A stretch of DNA of 58,920 nucleotides from a virus (taxonomy: Duplodnaviria > Caudoviricetes), in the IMG/VR virus record IMGVR_UViG_3300027782_000095, positions 1-58,920 of that record. One strand, given 5' to 3'. The notes beneath the pieces were generated by a model. It was given only the letters and a program-made list of their open reading frames with translations. It was not told where the DNA came from and ran no database searches. Below are positions 58,201 to 58,920 of this stretch, in pieces; within the stretch, counting starts at the first letter, position 1, and the number at the start of each line of letters is the position of its first letter. The position numbers were made by a program, and so were the translations under genes.

Positions 58201-58920
58201 TCATCTCCTAAACTACTTTGTTGTAGAGATAGTATTCTGCTATCATCAGTAACCATGTATCTTGGAGAGTTAGCTTTATTAAGAGTAACAACATTATCAG
58301 GGTTCTCTTCTGCTCTTTGTAATAGGATTAACTTTTGTATAAGGTTTCTATCAGTTACAAGAGCTCCCTTTTCACCTTTTCTTTGATAGTAGATATCAAA
58401 TCCTCCTGTTACATCTGGCTCCATTATAAATGTATGAGCACCATATTGTCTTGTTACAGGTGGTTTAGCATTGTCTTCTTCCTCTTCTTGTTCTTCTATT
58501 GTAGGTTTTTCAACAACAGGAGTTATAGAATAAATATATCTACTTTGATTACCTTTTATAAAATTAGTTGAAAATTTATTATTCTTTTCAAAATCATCCC
58601 AATCTTCAAATCCTTCAGCTTTTGCATAATTATCAACATTTCTAATATTAAAATCTTGAAGTTTTTGATTATCTAAAATACCAAGAGCTTCTTTACCTTT
58701 TTCGTAATCTACTGAATTTATAACAGGACCATAGTTATCAACTGTATATTTTGCATGAGCAATAAATTCAACTTTAACTTTAGTTCCATCAGGAAGAGTG
58801 TAAATACCATCTTCAAGTTTTTCTTTTTCAGTTCTATTAGTGATTGTTTTAGTACCAGCTTTTATCTTAGCAATGTTATCAGGTTGCATTTTTAATTGAC
58901 CTTTTTCTACTTGTTCTATA
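55221..58920 (-). CDS. Polyvalent protein (5' end outside the window): ASCH-like domain, RecD/Dda-like SF1B helicase, zincin metallopeptidase
   Basis: Frame is open upstream of 58889 to the window edge. IKAGTKTITNR...AKAEGF (ASCH); GRGGVGKTT, DESSM, GDYRQL, HTAQG, YVAVTR (SF1B); HEFMH (zincin). Confidence 0.8.
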   Translation of the reverse strand, partial: IEQVEKGQLKMQPDNIAKIKAGTKTITNRTEKEKLEDGIYTLPDGTKVKVEFIAHAKYTVDNYGPVINSVDYEKGKEALGILDNQKLQDFNIRNVDNYAKAEGFEDWDDFEKNNKFSTNFIKGNQSRYIYSITPVVEKPTIEEQEEEEDNAKPPVTRQYGAHTFIMEPDVTGGFDIYYQRKGEKGALVTDRNLIQKLILLQRAEENPDNVVTLNKANSPRYMVTDDSRILSLQQSSLGDEITDPKLMQEVHAALGDKLDQDLYDPETKVKEVVVPGEKKISVPEGSNENNMMIFEDDTTKFLMNDGQQEAFNFIKGNVERILKERTNVRAEDLENTVSFTDPLTQKFTGVIPKVMWDNMIGLAGRGGVGKTTVIRAIIKGLESTGNKYRRNDVMYLAPSHTAATVLQESLGLDSEKANDGKVNTIPSATRRNKIRYGSSELDMMTTEEYLEHIKYKKAFSVPDIIIVDESSMIKVQDIKDMLTRINTDLEEGVTNKMPIFIFMGDYRQLGPIKEQQNADVNKGIISATLLLDKSKTRELTQVMRSSNKNLHAIYDAIGNQIIENIERTKKGEKAKQLSFDAYDKLTSKSSENILVVDNTVGVIDDYTDFLKDNNNPYGMFWVHYNNVENATTIAISDKIRKAYFAKIGKQIDSVAHRNFSNGDYVEFTDGVEMKASDFMYTPTSDEVRALLDERKIDNIDGEYAIAGGVVKPRARFKVMDIVKTQTSLKEILPYTIAQYIDKSVMVDMEQILLYNRQDRLRGYSKVLDIAVDLGRYENKMQKGITIKQKSTGKVIATFDMQYGDFKTAKEDIKMLHDGKGKLPFTPSYIGSSHTAQGNSIKNVIVGDYNIKQNRAHPSVNQDDIFSSMYVAVTRTSGSLVIIKSPGSNISHNQEVFKGFISDNGQEVKPESSIIPGSQEVKSPSNNEVNSYAANEVVNPLELAMQYSATEYINKWVNSMFQGQKTITDIKGFLNRVYSNANAFNKQVITAIAKSGIVAPVTIVMDDKITDPGMYNGNTKTITINPKLAVGDALDGDAIRDKLHEVFMHEFMHHITAELLNAKPETLSVEQRKYVENINNLYDAVHNKMMMDPQHAAALQKAKDQMKTDGYLSASDKSLYYGLTSVHDFVSMIMTDQGFQDFMNNTTYDGEKSIFEKFMDLIGNLLKALGINVKDNSVLKEGLTNIVGLIQSRNSSEVATEQRSIAVAQEAKTKNINDNFADITRFLNIKTKC

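Noticed and set aside
626-58571. Many short ORFs antisense to or nested in long genes (e.g. 626-823, 1547-1807, 2746-2988, 42992-43285, 52642-58571 plus strand, 18612-18860)
   Set aside because: Shadow frames of well-supported genes or terminators, with F/L/S/I-biased composition and no motifs.
1-58920. Stop-codon reassignment (TAG or TGA), known in some crAss-like phages
   Set aside because: Core genes (portal, terL, PolB, primase) are full length in code 11, and TAG ends several genes at expected boundaries. No suppressor tRNA was found.

Overview
About 59 kb of an AT-rich, crAss-like (Crassvirales-related) podophage genome, probably infecting a Bacteroidota host (TAnnTTTG -7 promoter elements). 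It reads well in the standard genetic code. Layout: (1) 1-12971, minus strand: head/packaging module (major capsid, scaffold-like protein, portal, large terminase, PhoH, PD-(D/E)XK nuclease, IHF-like protein, GNAT). (2) 13184-18700, plus strand: early region of small genes and lipoproteins interleaved with many structured RNAs, namely a twister-like ribozyme with a large P5 insert, several pseudoknots, an atypical tRNA-Thr-like cloverleaf and a long tmRNA with a 27-aa tag. (3) 18735-32621, plus strand: middle genes, including a DUF6915/DUF6878/DUF6745-like cluster, SF2 helicase, UDG and a MoxR/VWA pair. (4) 32708-39074, minus strand: tail/lysis module, with an LCIB/theta-carbonic-anhydrase-like domain fused to a probable virion-anchor peptide. 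(5) 39192-51729, plus strand: replication module (DnaA domain-IV protein, DnaB, Sak4-like ATPase, SSB, primase, PolB, dNMP kinase, cREC). (6) 51741-end, minus strand: large ejection/polyvalent proteins (ASCH, Dda-like helicase, zincin). All family assignments come from motifs recognised by eye; no database search was run.
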